Source of the DNA: Albugo candida
Taxonomy: Eukaryota
Length of the DNA stretch: 24,524 bases
NCBI GenBank assembly: GCA_040437565.1
Contig: JBDOQK010000083.1
Span: forward strand, 62,001 to 86,524
Reading direction: 5' to 3'
The position numbers were made by a program, and so were the translations under genes. Positions 1 through 9,635 of this stretch are shown piece after piece. The notes under the pieces are model-generated. The model ran no database searches. It was not told the origin of the DNA and was given only the letters and a program-made list of their open reading frames with translations. Position 1 is the first letter of the stretch. Every line of letters starts with the position of its first letter.

Positions 1-544
1 ATTGATGATTTGCCAATATCATCCTTGTCACTGGAACGTATTGCAGAATTCTGCAAAAAAGCGAATTGTGTTGCGGTAAGCCACAACGAAATCAGGCATT
101 CCCAAGTTTATTACTCGTTCGTAGATGCTACAAACAAAAAGCATCGTCCAGGAATTTGAAGCACCTGATTTCTCTGACATTGACTGGGAGGACGAGGATC
201 CATTACAGTCTCCGCTCATTTGGTATTTCTGTTTTCGAGCGGTACTCTTATTCCTATCCCAATTACAGCGCCCTCCTGGTGCAACTACTGAAGATCAGGA
301 ATGGTTACTGAATCATGCGCATCAATTGGCTATAAAAAGCGATATGAAAACTCATTTACCTAATTCTGATCATATCCGTGAAATATCGCGATTTGCTTCG
401 TCAGAACCGCACAATATTGCCGCGCTGATTGGAGGAATTGCATCTCAAGAAGCGATAAAACTCATCACGGGACAGTTTATGCCGATCAATCATACGTATC
501 TATACAATGGAATCAATGGGACGGCTGCAACGTACAAATTTTAA
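1..544 (+). CDS. NAE1: NEDD8-activating enzyme E1 regulatory subunit (APP-BP1/ULA1/AXR1 family), 3' part; exons <1..75 and 125..544
   Basis: C-terminus EISRFASSEPHNIAALIGGIASQEAIKLITGQFMPINHTYLYNGI matches the conserved APP-BP1/AXR1 end. Frame 1 is open from base 1 (…ERIAEFCKKANCVA) and joins in phase 0 across a 49-nt GTAAG…GTAG intron (76..124). Confidence 0.9.
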
Positions 545-567
545 TGAAATATCGATATTCAGTTAAA

Positions 568-1682
568 TCAATCTTTTTCCTCCAATGATCTTGCGATCGC
601 TAGCGCGATCTCATTTTCATCGTACTTCACTTCTTTGTCCTGGACCTGCGTATTGGTACTCGTATGTGATATCACTGAATCCCCTGTAGACTGTGCCGTT
701 GAATTCTGCATCATTTGTGACATTTGCTGCATAAGCGTCGGATTCTGTTGCAGCATTTGCAGCGACTGGTTCAACATGTGTGGATTTTGAAAAGCTTGTG
801 CGATCATCGGGTTTAGTTGAGAAGCCATTTGTAGTAAGGGATTGGAGCTGATAGAGGGTGATTGCGTTGTCTGCGGCGTGCTGAGCGTAGATAGAGGCGA
901 GTTGACACTTGCGACTGATCGAACGATGCCTACCACGTCGTCAATGACACGTTTGCCTTCATTTAATTGATTCCACTTTTCTGCGGTAGGAACCAGCGTC
1001 AAATGATCCTAGATGAACAGATAAGGTCGACGCGCTAAAATANNNNNNNNNNNNNNNNNNNNNNNNNNNNNNNNNNNNNNNNNNNNNNNNNNNNNNNNNN
1101 NNNNNNNNNNNNNNNNNNNNNNNNNNNNNNNNNNNNNNNNNNTGAACAGATAAGGTCGACGCGCTAAAATAGGATATTGCGTACCTCAACAATTCCTTCC
1201 TGAAATCCGAGCCAATGAAGACACTCCAAGGCGCGAGGAACGTTGAGAAGTTTGGCTTGTAATGTGACATTTGAAAGGCGAAGCTTGCGGTACTTTTCTT
1301 CATTTGGATGCTGAACAATGTTTTCACATATTTTCTGCAATGTTTGTAAAGCGGATAGTGAGTCGCCACTTGCTTTCATCTCTTCGAGATACGAGCGTAG
1401 AATAGCAGACGGTTGCGTAATGCGTAGAAGACTTTTATTGACAGTCAAATGGATCGCACAGCCATCAAAGATTCGATACTCTCCAAGTTTCTTATCATTT
1501 TTGAGGATCTGTCCTTTGAAAATCAATCGCTGGGCAGCCACAGGATATGCAGTCGGATTCTTTTCTTCCAGTTGCTGTTTGAGTGCGAGCACCGTTGTAT
1601 CTTTCAACTTATTAAGACAAACTTGGAAAGGTTCGGTTTCCCCTCCGACAGCTTTTATAACGAGTTTTGATTCGGAATCCAT
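568..1682 (-). CDS. Ubiquitin-like + PUB + STI1-like + UIM domain protein (~312 aa); exons 1682..1185 and 1008..568
   Basis: UBL motif TTVLALKQQLE…QRLIFKGQILKNDKKLGEYRIFDGCAIHL. PUB motif ALQTLQKICENIVQHPNEEKYRKLRLSN…LECLHWLGF. Met/Gln/Asn-Pro-rich segment NPMIAQAFQNPHML…QNPTLMQQM. C-terminal DENEIALAIARSLEE (UIM). Phase-0 intron GTACGC…CATCTAG (1184..1009) is 47 nt once the N gap and its 29-nt overlap are collapsed, giving GIVE|DHLTLVP. Confidence 0.85.
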
Positions 1683-1932
1683 GAATGTAATAATGACAAC
1701 GGCGGCTCGTCATTATTGTCATAGTTGTCGAGAATAAGTCAAAAAGTCGGGCAAAGTTATCGTCAAGATTATAGAATTGTTCCAATTGCTGCTTCTCCCC
1801 ACGTGTTGACACAGAATGATTGTTCCTACTTGCTCTTCAGCCATTACTGCTATCATTGTATCTATATTGAACCTGCTATAGTCTTTACGCTGTAAGAAAC
1901 TTGCAGTTTATATAGAAGATATCTATTGAGAG

Positions 1933-1940
1933 TGACGTCA
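1933..1940. promoter_or_regulatory. Perfect CRE palindrome TGACGTCA in the divergent intergenic region
   Basis: Exact TGACGTCA between the divergently oriented UBL-PUB and bZIP genes; function not shown. Confidence 0.3.
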
Positions 1941-2760
1941 GGTAAAAAGAGATTTTTCTCAGCTGAGAGTATTACGCATCAAAGTTTCAATATTTATATA
2001 ATCGCGTAGAAAAATTCCATATTGTCAGCTGGCAGATCGATAACTTCTTCCATCCCATTACTGATTTCCGATGTCTCTTTTGTAAATTACCCCAAAGCCG
2101 CCGGACCAGGTTTTCTTTTTACATAAAAAGCACAGCTGCGTCAAACATGATGGACGTGGCTCGTAGTGCGTGTCACTATATGGGTAGCACTAAGTCATCG
2201 GGAGGTCTGTGGGTGAGAAAATGGTCCTTGAAGAAGTGAGGCCACACGACACCTGCGGAGTTTTTATATTTCGGGAATTTACTAGTACGCCGTGTGGAAG
2301 ATCTCAAGTTCTAGATGTTTTTCGAGATCCTGGTCACATCCTTGTGCGACAGTATGTAATGATTGTGATTGGCGGCTGCATTTCATATTTCTCTTTCAAT
2401 CACAGTTTTTACTCGTAAAAGAAAATGTGTTTGTCCGTCTCCTACAAACGCACAAAGTTGAACATATGGCGAATTTACTTTTATATTGNNNNNNNNNNNN
2501 NNNNNNNNNNNNNNNNNNNNNNNNNNNNNNNNNNNNNNNNNNNNNNNNNNNNNNNNNNNNNNNNNNNNNNNNNNNNNNNNNNNNNNNNATTTACTTTTAT
2601 ATTGTGAAATATACCCAAGTTCGGTATACTTTGAATGATCCGAGTTTGGTAAACTACCTTCCTTACACTTCGAACCCTTCTCATCACCCTGTAATAACTG
2701 GAAGCTTCTGACCCGTCTTTACTACATACAAAGAAGCTACGTAGAGCTTTTGTTTCTCAC

Positions 2761-2776
2761 TCATTTTCGAATTTAC
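2761..2776 (+). promoter_or_regulatory. Oomycete INR+FPR core promoter element of the bZIP gene
   Basis: TCATTTT-CG-AATTTAC fits the oomycete initiator (YCAYTYY) followed by the flanking promoter region (MWTTTNC), about 40 nt upstream of the ATG at 2802. Confidence 0.6.
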
Positions 2777-2801
2777 CACTCATTTCTCACGGCTTTCTAC
2801 T

Positions 2802-3446
2802 ATGACAATGGACATTGAGATCACACCGCTGCATTTCGAAAAGCAAAATGCGCAACAACTCTATGCACCAGCATCCATCGACACAGAGTTCCAGGACCTC
2901 CTTCAACAGGTTTTATTTGACCCAAACACTGACAATCGAAGAGTGCAGCACGATGGATCTCACATGTTTGGTATTAGGAAAACGTTCGATACCAAACCTG
3001 AACATGTCAAACCGGAATTACCTGACGATTTGGCCACACCGAGGGAATCCACACAAGGTTTTAAGAAAAGTATGGACGAATCCGGTTTAAATTACAAAGA
3101 ACTCCGAAAATTACGCAACCGTCAAGCTGCAGCTCGCTCGAGGCAACGTGTCCAGCAAAAACTGCGAGATTTGGAGAAATTAGCTGATGATTTACAGCGT
3201 AAGAATCGACATCTCGAGAATCTAGTGCATGCATTAGCAGCAGAAAAGTGCGGAATGGGTATTGCAAACGGTAATAATCAGCTTTCTTGCGTTCCGGATT
3301 CATCAGAGGAGATTACGAGGAATAGTGGCTGGTTACCGTACCAAAATCAAACCCACGCAGTTATCGAACAAGACGGAAATACCTACCAATCCGGGGATCC
3401 ATTTACAAATGTCTTCAACTGCACCACAGAGTATGCAAACGCCTAA
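2802..3446 (+). CDS. bZIP transcription factor (214 aa, single exon)
   Basis: Basic region RKLRNRQAAARSRQR with canonical N-x7-R, followed by heptad leucines LEKLADD-LQRKNRH-LENLVHA-L. Confidence 0.9.
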   Translation: MTMDIEITPLHFEKQNAQQLYAPASIDTEFQDLLQQVLFDPNTDNRRVQHDGSHMFGIRKTFDTKPEHVKPELPDDLATPRESTQGFKKSMDESGLNYKELRKLRNRQAAARSRQRVQQKLRDLEKLADDLQRKNRHLENLVHALAAEKCGMGIANGNNQLSCVPDSSEEITRNSGWLPYQNQTHAVIEQDGNTYQSGDPFTNVFNCTTEYANA

Positions 3447-3742
3447 GCCGGATAAATATATCTATGAAGTCGAAGAAAGAATCGAACAAGAATGTGCCCA
3501 CTAAAACGGGTGTCCGATCGAACATTGGGAAGCAAGAAGCACAGGGCAGAACTCATCGTTTCCCTACACACTGTGCGCGGATTTTACTTAGTGTAGTTCG
3601 AATATGTAATAAAGTAAAGGAAACATTCGATCTGAACTTCTCGAAGTGTTTGATTGTTCCATACGATACCGAATTTATTGATATTATAGTGAGGTACGCA
3701 TTCATGTACATCGTCCCCCATAAGTATACACCTCTTGAAGAA

Positions 3743-4429
3743 ATGGCCAATGTCACGGACCCATCGACACAGAGCATTCATGGCATTCACGCGCAGCATT
3801 TGATAGAGAAGATTATGCGGAACCGAATTTATTCAAGCCTATACTGGAAAGAAGAATGCTTCGGCTTAACATGTGAGACGTTAGTAGACAAAGCCATCGC
3901 ACTTGATCATTTCGGAGGAACGTTTGGTGGGAACCAGAAGCCAACTCCTTTCTTGTGTCTATTGTTGAAGATGTTACAGCTGCAACCAGATCTAGAAGTA
4001 GTCCAGGAATTTATACAAAACGAAGAATACAAGTACGTTGAAAGTGAGTCCTTACCACTTGTTCTCACACGCTGTTAGGTACGTTACCGTTCTTGGGATG
4101 GTTTACTTGAGATTGGTCGGAAAATCAGCGGATATTTATACTTTCCTGGAGCCACTATATTGCGACTACCGTAAGATTCGAAAACGAAACGTCATAGGTA
4201 CGAGGGATACCACACGCGTGGATCTTGTGACTGTCAAGCTTTATATTTAGGGTGGGAAATAACACATGTCGATGAAATCGTAGATGCTTTACTTCATGAA
4301 GAGTACTATATAGATCTGACGTTGCCTCATCTCATCGATCGGTACGTCATGCAACACACTCAGCATTTGCCTCCTTTTCGTAGTGTGCTAGAAGACGCTT
4401 TAGAATCCGAATCTAGTGAAGAAGAATAA
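3743..4429 (+). CDS. PRP38: Pre-mRNA splicing factor 38 (PRPF38A-like, 195 aa); exons 3743..4032, 4079..4197, 4251..4429
   Basis: MANVTDP…IHGIHAQHLIEKIMRNRIYSSLYWKEECFGL…GGNQKPTPFLCLLLKMLQLQP…EEYK|YVTVLGMVYLRLVG…LEPLYCDYRKIR…HVDEIVDALLHEE…LPHL are the PRP38 hallmarks. GT-AG introns 4033..4078 (46 nt) and 4198..4250 (53 nt) keep the frame to TAA 4427..4429. Confidence 0.93.
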
Positions 4430-4537
4430 AATCTTATTTTTAACCAATCGATTTTATCGACTACCATGATTGGACCAAATCTTATGAGGTCCACATAGAA
4501 AATAGAAATCAGAGAACAAAAAGCATTGTTCGTTGAG

Positions 4538-6877
4538 ATGACTTTGGATCTATTAGAATGCACATCTGCGTGGGACCCAAATTCGGTGATTGCTCAAGCG
4601 AAAGATACGATATTGCGCAGCAATGTAGGGGACCTTACGTTTTCTAGCCAAGTAACTCATTTCTAAATACGTTTTTGAACCAGTAGTATGTAGAAGTTCA
4701 AGAAGCACGGGTTACTGTTGATAACACACTTAAACAGTGGGTTGCCCTTGTTTATCAGTATACGAAGTCAAGTAACGAAAATTCACACCACTCACAAAGT
4801 GCAATTCAAAAAATCATCACACTCTGGGTGTCCTATGCAAATTTGGAAATTGAATTGCGACAATTCAAACAAACCACCAAAGTCCTGGAAGCAGCAGTCA
4901 CTTGCCCAATCGCTGGTGCGAGCGCCACCACGTGGATAAGTTTTGCGCAATTTTACATCGAACGGAAAAAGTTTGCCAGTGCAAGCAAAGTATTTACCCG
5001 AGCTCTCACTCACGGTCTACCGGAAAACGAACAAAATATCATATATGACCGCTTCCTGAGTTTCTTGAAAACAAATGTGGATCCTTCCATGACCATGGAA
5101 ACTCTGAAGACGCAAGTTTCAACCACAAATACTCATTCGAATCCAGTAGACACGACTCCTGCTGCTGCAAGCGTACCCTCACCGATAAAAACGAACGAAG
5201 AAAATCCGGCGTCACCTGATTCTGAAAAACCTTGTACGTTGGTCGAAACGATAAAACGAGTTGATCCAGCTATCGCATTCGTCGACACAACAGGAGAAAT
5301 CGCAGCCTCCAAGTTAAGCGCAAAACGCGAACGACAAGTCGAATCGAGCCAAAGCTCGTGGAAGCGTGCGTGCTTAAGTCCGGATATTGATGAAAAGAAA
5401 TATTTCCATTCTGCGCCACTTTTATTACCGTGCATCCCAAATTGTCCCAATTTATTGTTCGACCTATGGAACGAAGGCGAAACCCAATCTGATGTGGATA
5501 CGTCAATTGTCGAACAATTATCGGAAATACTCAAGGATACCACGGTATTTCAGCGGGTGAAAGAGCTCGGAACGCAACAGCGAAAACGAGATCGAGAAAT
5601 GCTTTATCGCTGGCAGGATCTTATCGGCACGCAAATGAAGGAAGGAACGGATCTCTTCACCAAACATATGGAAGCAGAGCAAGGCGTTATAGAAACCCGC
5701 GACGTCATCGCACTTAAGACAACGCACTTAGAGCAGCGTAGAGAATTTGTGGAACGCTGTCAGGCTTCGCAGCAAATGTTTATTGAAATCTGCGAAATGG
5801 ATCGTCTTCACGCTCTCGAAGCCCAGCAAAATGCTCTTAAAGCTTTAGACATTCCCAAAATGAAAGTATCCAGCGACCTCGAGCTTGTGACGTTACAGGT
5901 ATGATATGATATCTGATATCTGTATGTTCTTATCCTCCCACGCTAACATTCTCATTCAGCGTGCAATTGTCGCACTTATCCTCGAAACGGAACAGCTTTG
6001 GCGACAGGAAGTTGTGGAAGTGAAAAAATCACCTATCGATGTAGAGAAAACAGGATCCTTTCCACCAGGTCGCAATACCTCTCGTCGTGAACGTCGTCGG
6101 GATAATCAGGATTCGCATAATGCAAGAGGAAGAGCTCATGGAGGATCACGTGGTCGTAATGGTCGTCGTAATGGCGGTGCCAAACCCACTCGTTCTTCCT
6201 CTCCATTTGGTAGATCTCGGCAACGTCGTGAAAATCGAGACGGGTCTTTTGCACGAGCAACGAGTCAACACGCACAGCCTGCTTCTTTTACTAGACCCCA
6301 ACATCCAGGTTTTCCTCCGCTTGCAGCAGATTCTTTTCGCTCTCCTTTTGACGTTTCTCAACGAGGAGAATCATACCAAGCCAATTTCGGCTCAGAAAGT
6401 GGGGTCTTCTATAGCAACACAGGAGCCTCAGGGTACAACATGCCTTTTGAGAACACTGCTGCTACTTTCGCTGGACACCGAGGAGCCCAAAATGGTCGTG
6501 GTCGAGGTGGAAATCGATCTGGGTATCGGGCTACTTCCTACGCTCCATCGGAACAACCTCCATTCCGAGAAGCTTTTGAATTTCCTCGAGCCAACAACAG
6601 TATGCCGAATGCTGATCACGCTTTTCGATACCAGGAAAATCTAGAAAATGCTTCGTTCCAATCAGGGGCTCATGCTTATCCTTTGCAATATGCTGGGGCA
6701 GGCAACCCGACGCATGCTGTTTTGAATGGACCGATCGCTTACCGTCAAGGGCATGGAGGTGATGGAAGTGGTGAAGGTCGACATCATCCTTTTCAAATGA
6801 AGCCGACGTCCACATTTAGACAGAACGGCTCACGACGCGGCGCTGGCGGAAGAGGACGGTATACCGGACGAAGGTAG
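4538..6877 (+). CDS. HAT (half-TPR) repeat protein with helical/coiled-coil middle and RG/RGG-rich low-complexity tail (~740 aa); probable exons 4538..4624, 4687..5898, 5960..6877
   Basis: LWVSYANLEIELRQFKQTTKVLEAAV…TWISFAQFYIERKKFASASKVFTRAL…IYDRFLSF are HAT-like repeats. Intron 5899..5959 (GTATGA…GCTAAC…TTCAG, phase 0) joins ORFs 4828..5904 and 5906..6877. The first-intron donor is ambiguous (4625 or 4652; acceptor 4686). The tail has RGRGG and RGAGGRGR motifs. Confidence 0.75.
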
Positions 6878-7550
6878 ATAAGGCTTCGTTTCATTCTCAT
6901 TGGCCTTTGGCTTGTCGGCTGGTCGACTGTACTTGGTCAATCACGCAAATTCGTCGATGCAGGCATGGATTTCCAAGTCCAAACCTGCGTAATATAAGAC
7001 GAGATTAGTATGCATTATATCTGAGTGCTTTACTTTCTATCGACTGATAGCGCTACATGTCACACTGTAAACCTCTTTTTAAATTGCAAGAGCTCGGTAT
7101 GCGTCACAATTTTTGATCAGTATCAAAATCGGACAGTTTTTACCAAGTGTCAATCTCTTTACGACGTACCTCTTACTCTACTCTATTGCTCTCGTTATAA
7201 TGGAGTATTTCGACCAACTGCCTTGCATCATGCGATACATTGGGTCTGCAAACACTTGAAAATCGTGCTGATATTACTCTATATATGTCGCGGATGAATT
7301 GGAAAGCGTGTATTTACGTAGATGAGTCCTTAATTCACTATTTGCTAATCGAAGATTTTACCGCAGTTTTCTCTGACTTTCCGCGTAAGCAATCTTTGGA
7401 CAATCTCCGAATGCTCTCTGTAGGAAGCGCGTGCGTCTGTAACAGAAATTCCTGAACGTTTTCTCCAACGATACATACGATATATTACATGAATCAGCCT
7501 GTCCTATACCATCCATAATACATCGTCCAATACCAGCGCTGAGATTCATA

Positions 7551-9635
7551 ATGTTACTCTACCGCGTGTGCGTCCTGCTTCTCGCTGTGTTGATGACCAC
7601 GAGCGAGAACGTACAGAATAAAAATGTGGCGACATTATCAGGGATTCTCAACGTGACTATTTCAGGAACAGATACATCAATCTGTCATAATTGCCTCATT
7701 TGGTACGTCGGGATAAGAAGAATTTATTTGATCCAATCCACTCGTCAATTCAGACTCTATTGGGTGGAAGGTCATTCGGATATCATGCGAACATTTGCTT
7801 CACATTGCAATACGTATAGGTCTTGCTCGATTTCAGAGCAATCGACTACGTCATTCACTCCCTATTCTCAACCTAGAAGCACGCTTCAGCAGTTTCACAC
7901 AACAGATAAGCTCAATGAGTTGGAAAATAGTATGCAACTGCTCGCAGCATCGACTATATCCGCCACGATCGAGACACCATCCGTTCAGCGGACTACAGAG
8001 CTGCGACAATGGAACTACGAGATATCCTTATTTGAACGGAGGCAAGTATCAAGAATTCCAGTTTTTTTTCCAGAGAATATAGTATCAGCACAATACTCAG
8101 AAGTCGCCTCGATTCCGCTCCCAGCTGCAGTGATCTCTAGCATAATAAAGCAGCATAAAGTTCGTCCAATACTACAATGTATGGTCATCGCTTTTTACAG
8201 AGAAGATGCTGTTTGTCGTGAATGCTTGGCTATGCATAGTGTATCATTAGCTATACAAACATACTTATTGCATTACAAAACAAGACTATCATCGGCTGAA
8301 CTTTGCATCTTTCGTAGCAATTTCGAAACCGCTGATATAATTCACAATTGTAAACGATCATTCTGCTCGATTTTGAAAGAATGGAAGGCAAGCGATTGTG
8401 ACAGAATGATTCATATTTTCCCCATGCATCCCCAATTGTTCGAAAACCAAAATGCTCACTTCAACAAGCGGAAACACATAGATGGCTCAGCATCTTCCCG
8501 TGATCAGCGCAAGAGCTTGAACGACATCAAACAGATCTTACTCCGTATTGCTTATAAAAGAATGGCAAAAATACGTAAAAGACGACTCTTCCCGCTGGGT
8601 AAGTTTTTATCCATCGACACGCTGGATATCCTTAGAGCAGACTCACACGTTTGTATCAATACTCCGTCATCACCGAACGGGCATTCAACATGTTATACTC
8701 GTATGCTGAAAGGTGTCGTAGGGGCCCGAGTGGTTATCATTTCGTCTAGACTGAACGCAACCATAGTGGTTGATCCTGCTGAGCAATTGCGTCAGTGCGA
8801 GCATGCTTGCGGATTCGTGGAAAGACTGGAGCCGGATGACTGCAAGTTACATCTCGGTCGTCAGATGATGAACATAGAAATGTACCGGATACCATCAAAA
8901 GAGCAGTACATGACCAAGAGACCTCGCAATTGCCTTTTATCATTTCATGGTTCAACAAGGAGAATAGCCTGTTTAGGTCTCATAAAGGAATTTTTTACCA
9001 ATGATGGACAACGCCCAATCATTCACATCATTTCAAAGAATTCGCTCTTAGTTAAGACGCCTCATTTTAGTTCAAAGCTTATGGCGGATGCTCTAGACCA
9101 AATTTTTCAAACACGCGCTAGAGAGTCGTGTCACAGGATCCTAGAGGTACCCCTTGAGTTCTGCTCTGAACACCGAAGCTCCCTTTCGACATCTCCCACA
9201 CAACTAGACGATCGAATTGCGATCAGCAAGTTTACTATAAATATCGTTCCTGTGGGCGTTTGGCCCCCTACTTATCCTTGTTCCTCATTGGATGCGAAGA
9301 CTGCGGCATCTCAAGGCTGTTCACCGCAATCTCAATTGAAAATCACCTCACAAAACTGGCCAACTTATAACAGTATCGCGCTGGTTCAGTATGAATGCGA
9401 GAAGGCCAAAGAGGTTCGTTGTGTAGCATGTCTTATTCAGCATACAGAAGTGTTCTTTACGCATATGGATGAATCAGGTACAAAGGGATATGTTTGGATG
9501 CGTCAAGCACCATCGCTTATTCTCAAATCGTGTGTTGGAAGTAGCTGTTTGAGTCTTACTTTTGACGCGCGTCGCACCCAAATCAAGCGTCCCGTTGGGC
9601 TCCAGCAACTGACAGAAGATGACATCTACCAGTAA
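7551..9635 (+). CDS. Secreted CCG/CHxC-class effector (694 aa, intronless)
   Basis: Hydrophobic N-terminus MLLYRVCVLLLAVLMTTS (signal-peptide-like). CHNCLIWYVG at aa 45-54 (7683..7712) satisfies both the Albugo CHxC motif and the CxxCxxxxxG (CCG) motif. Long open frame with no housekeeping motifs. Confidence 0.8.
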   Translation: MLLYRVCVLLLAVLMTTSENVQNKNVATLSGILNVTISGTDTSICHNCLIWYVGIRRIYLIQSTRQFRLYWVEGHSDIMRTFASHCNTYRSCSISEQSTTSFTPYSQPRSTLQQFHTTDKLNELENSMQLLAASTISATIETPSVQRTTELRQWNYEISLFERRQVSRIPVFFPENIVSAQYSEVASIPLPAAVISSIIKQHKVRPILQCMVIAFYREDAVCRECLAMHSVSLAIQTYLLHYKTRLSSAELCIFRSNFETADIIHNCKRSFCSILKEWKASDCDRMIHIFPMHPQLFENQNAHFNKRKHIDGSASSRDQRKSLNDIKQILLRIAYKRMAKIRKRRLFPLGKFLSIDTLDILRADSHVCINTPSSPNGHSTCYTRMLKGVVGARVVIISSRLNATIVVDPAEQLRQCEHACGFVERLEPDDCKLHLGRQMMNIEMYRIPSKEQYMTKRPRNCLLSFHGSTRRIACLGLIKEFFTNDGQRPIIHIISKNSLLVKTPHFSSKLMADALDQIFQTRARESCHRILEVPLEFCSEHRSSLSTSPTQLDDRIAISKFTINIVPVGVWPPTYPCSSLDAKTAASQGCSPQSQLKITSQNWPTYNSIALVQYECEKAKEVRCVACLIQHTEVFFTHMDESGTKGYVWMRQAPSLILKSCVGSSCLSLTFDARRTQIKRPVGLQQLTEDDIYQ

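Noticed and set aside
3464-3742. 93-codon N-terminal extension of the PRP38 ORF
   Set aside because: PRP38 homologues start at MAN-x-T (ATG 3743), and the upstream ATG is only 17 nt after the bZIP stop, leaving no promoter space.
6087-6644. 185-aa overlapping + ORF, plus antisense ORFs such as 5133..5543 and 1318..1737
   Set aside because: Alternative frames inside well-supported genes, with no independent motifs.
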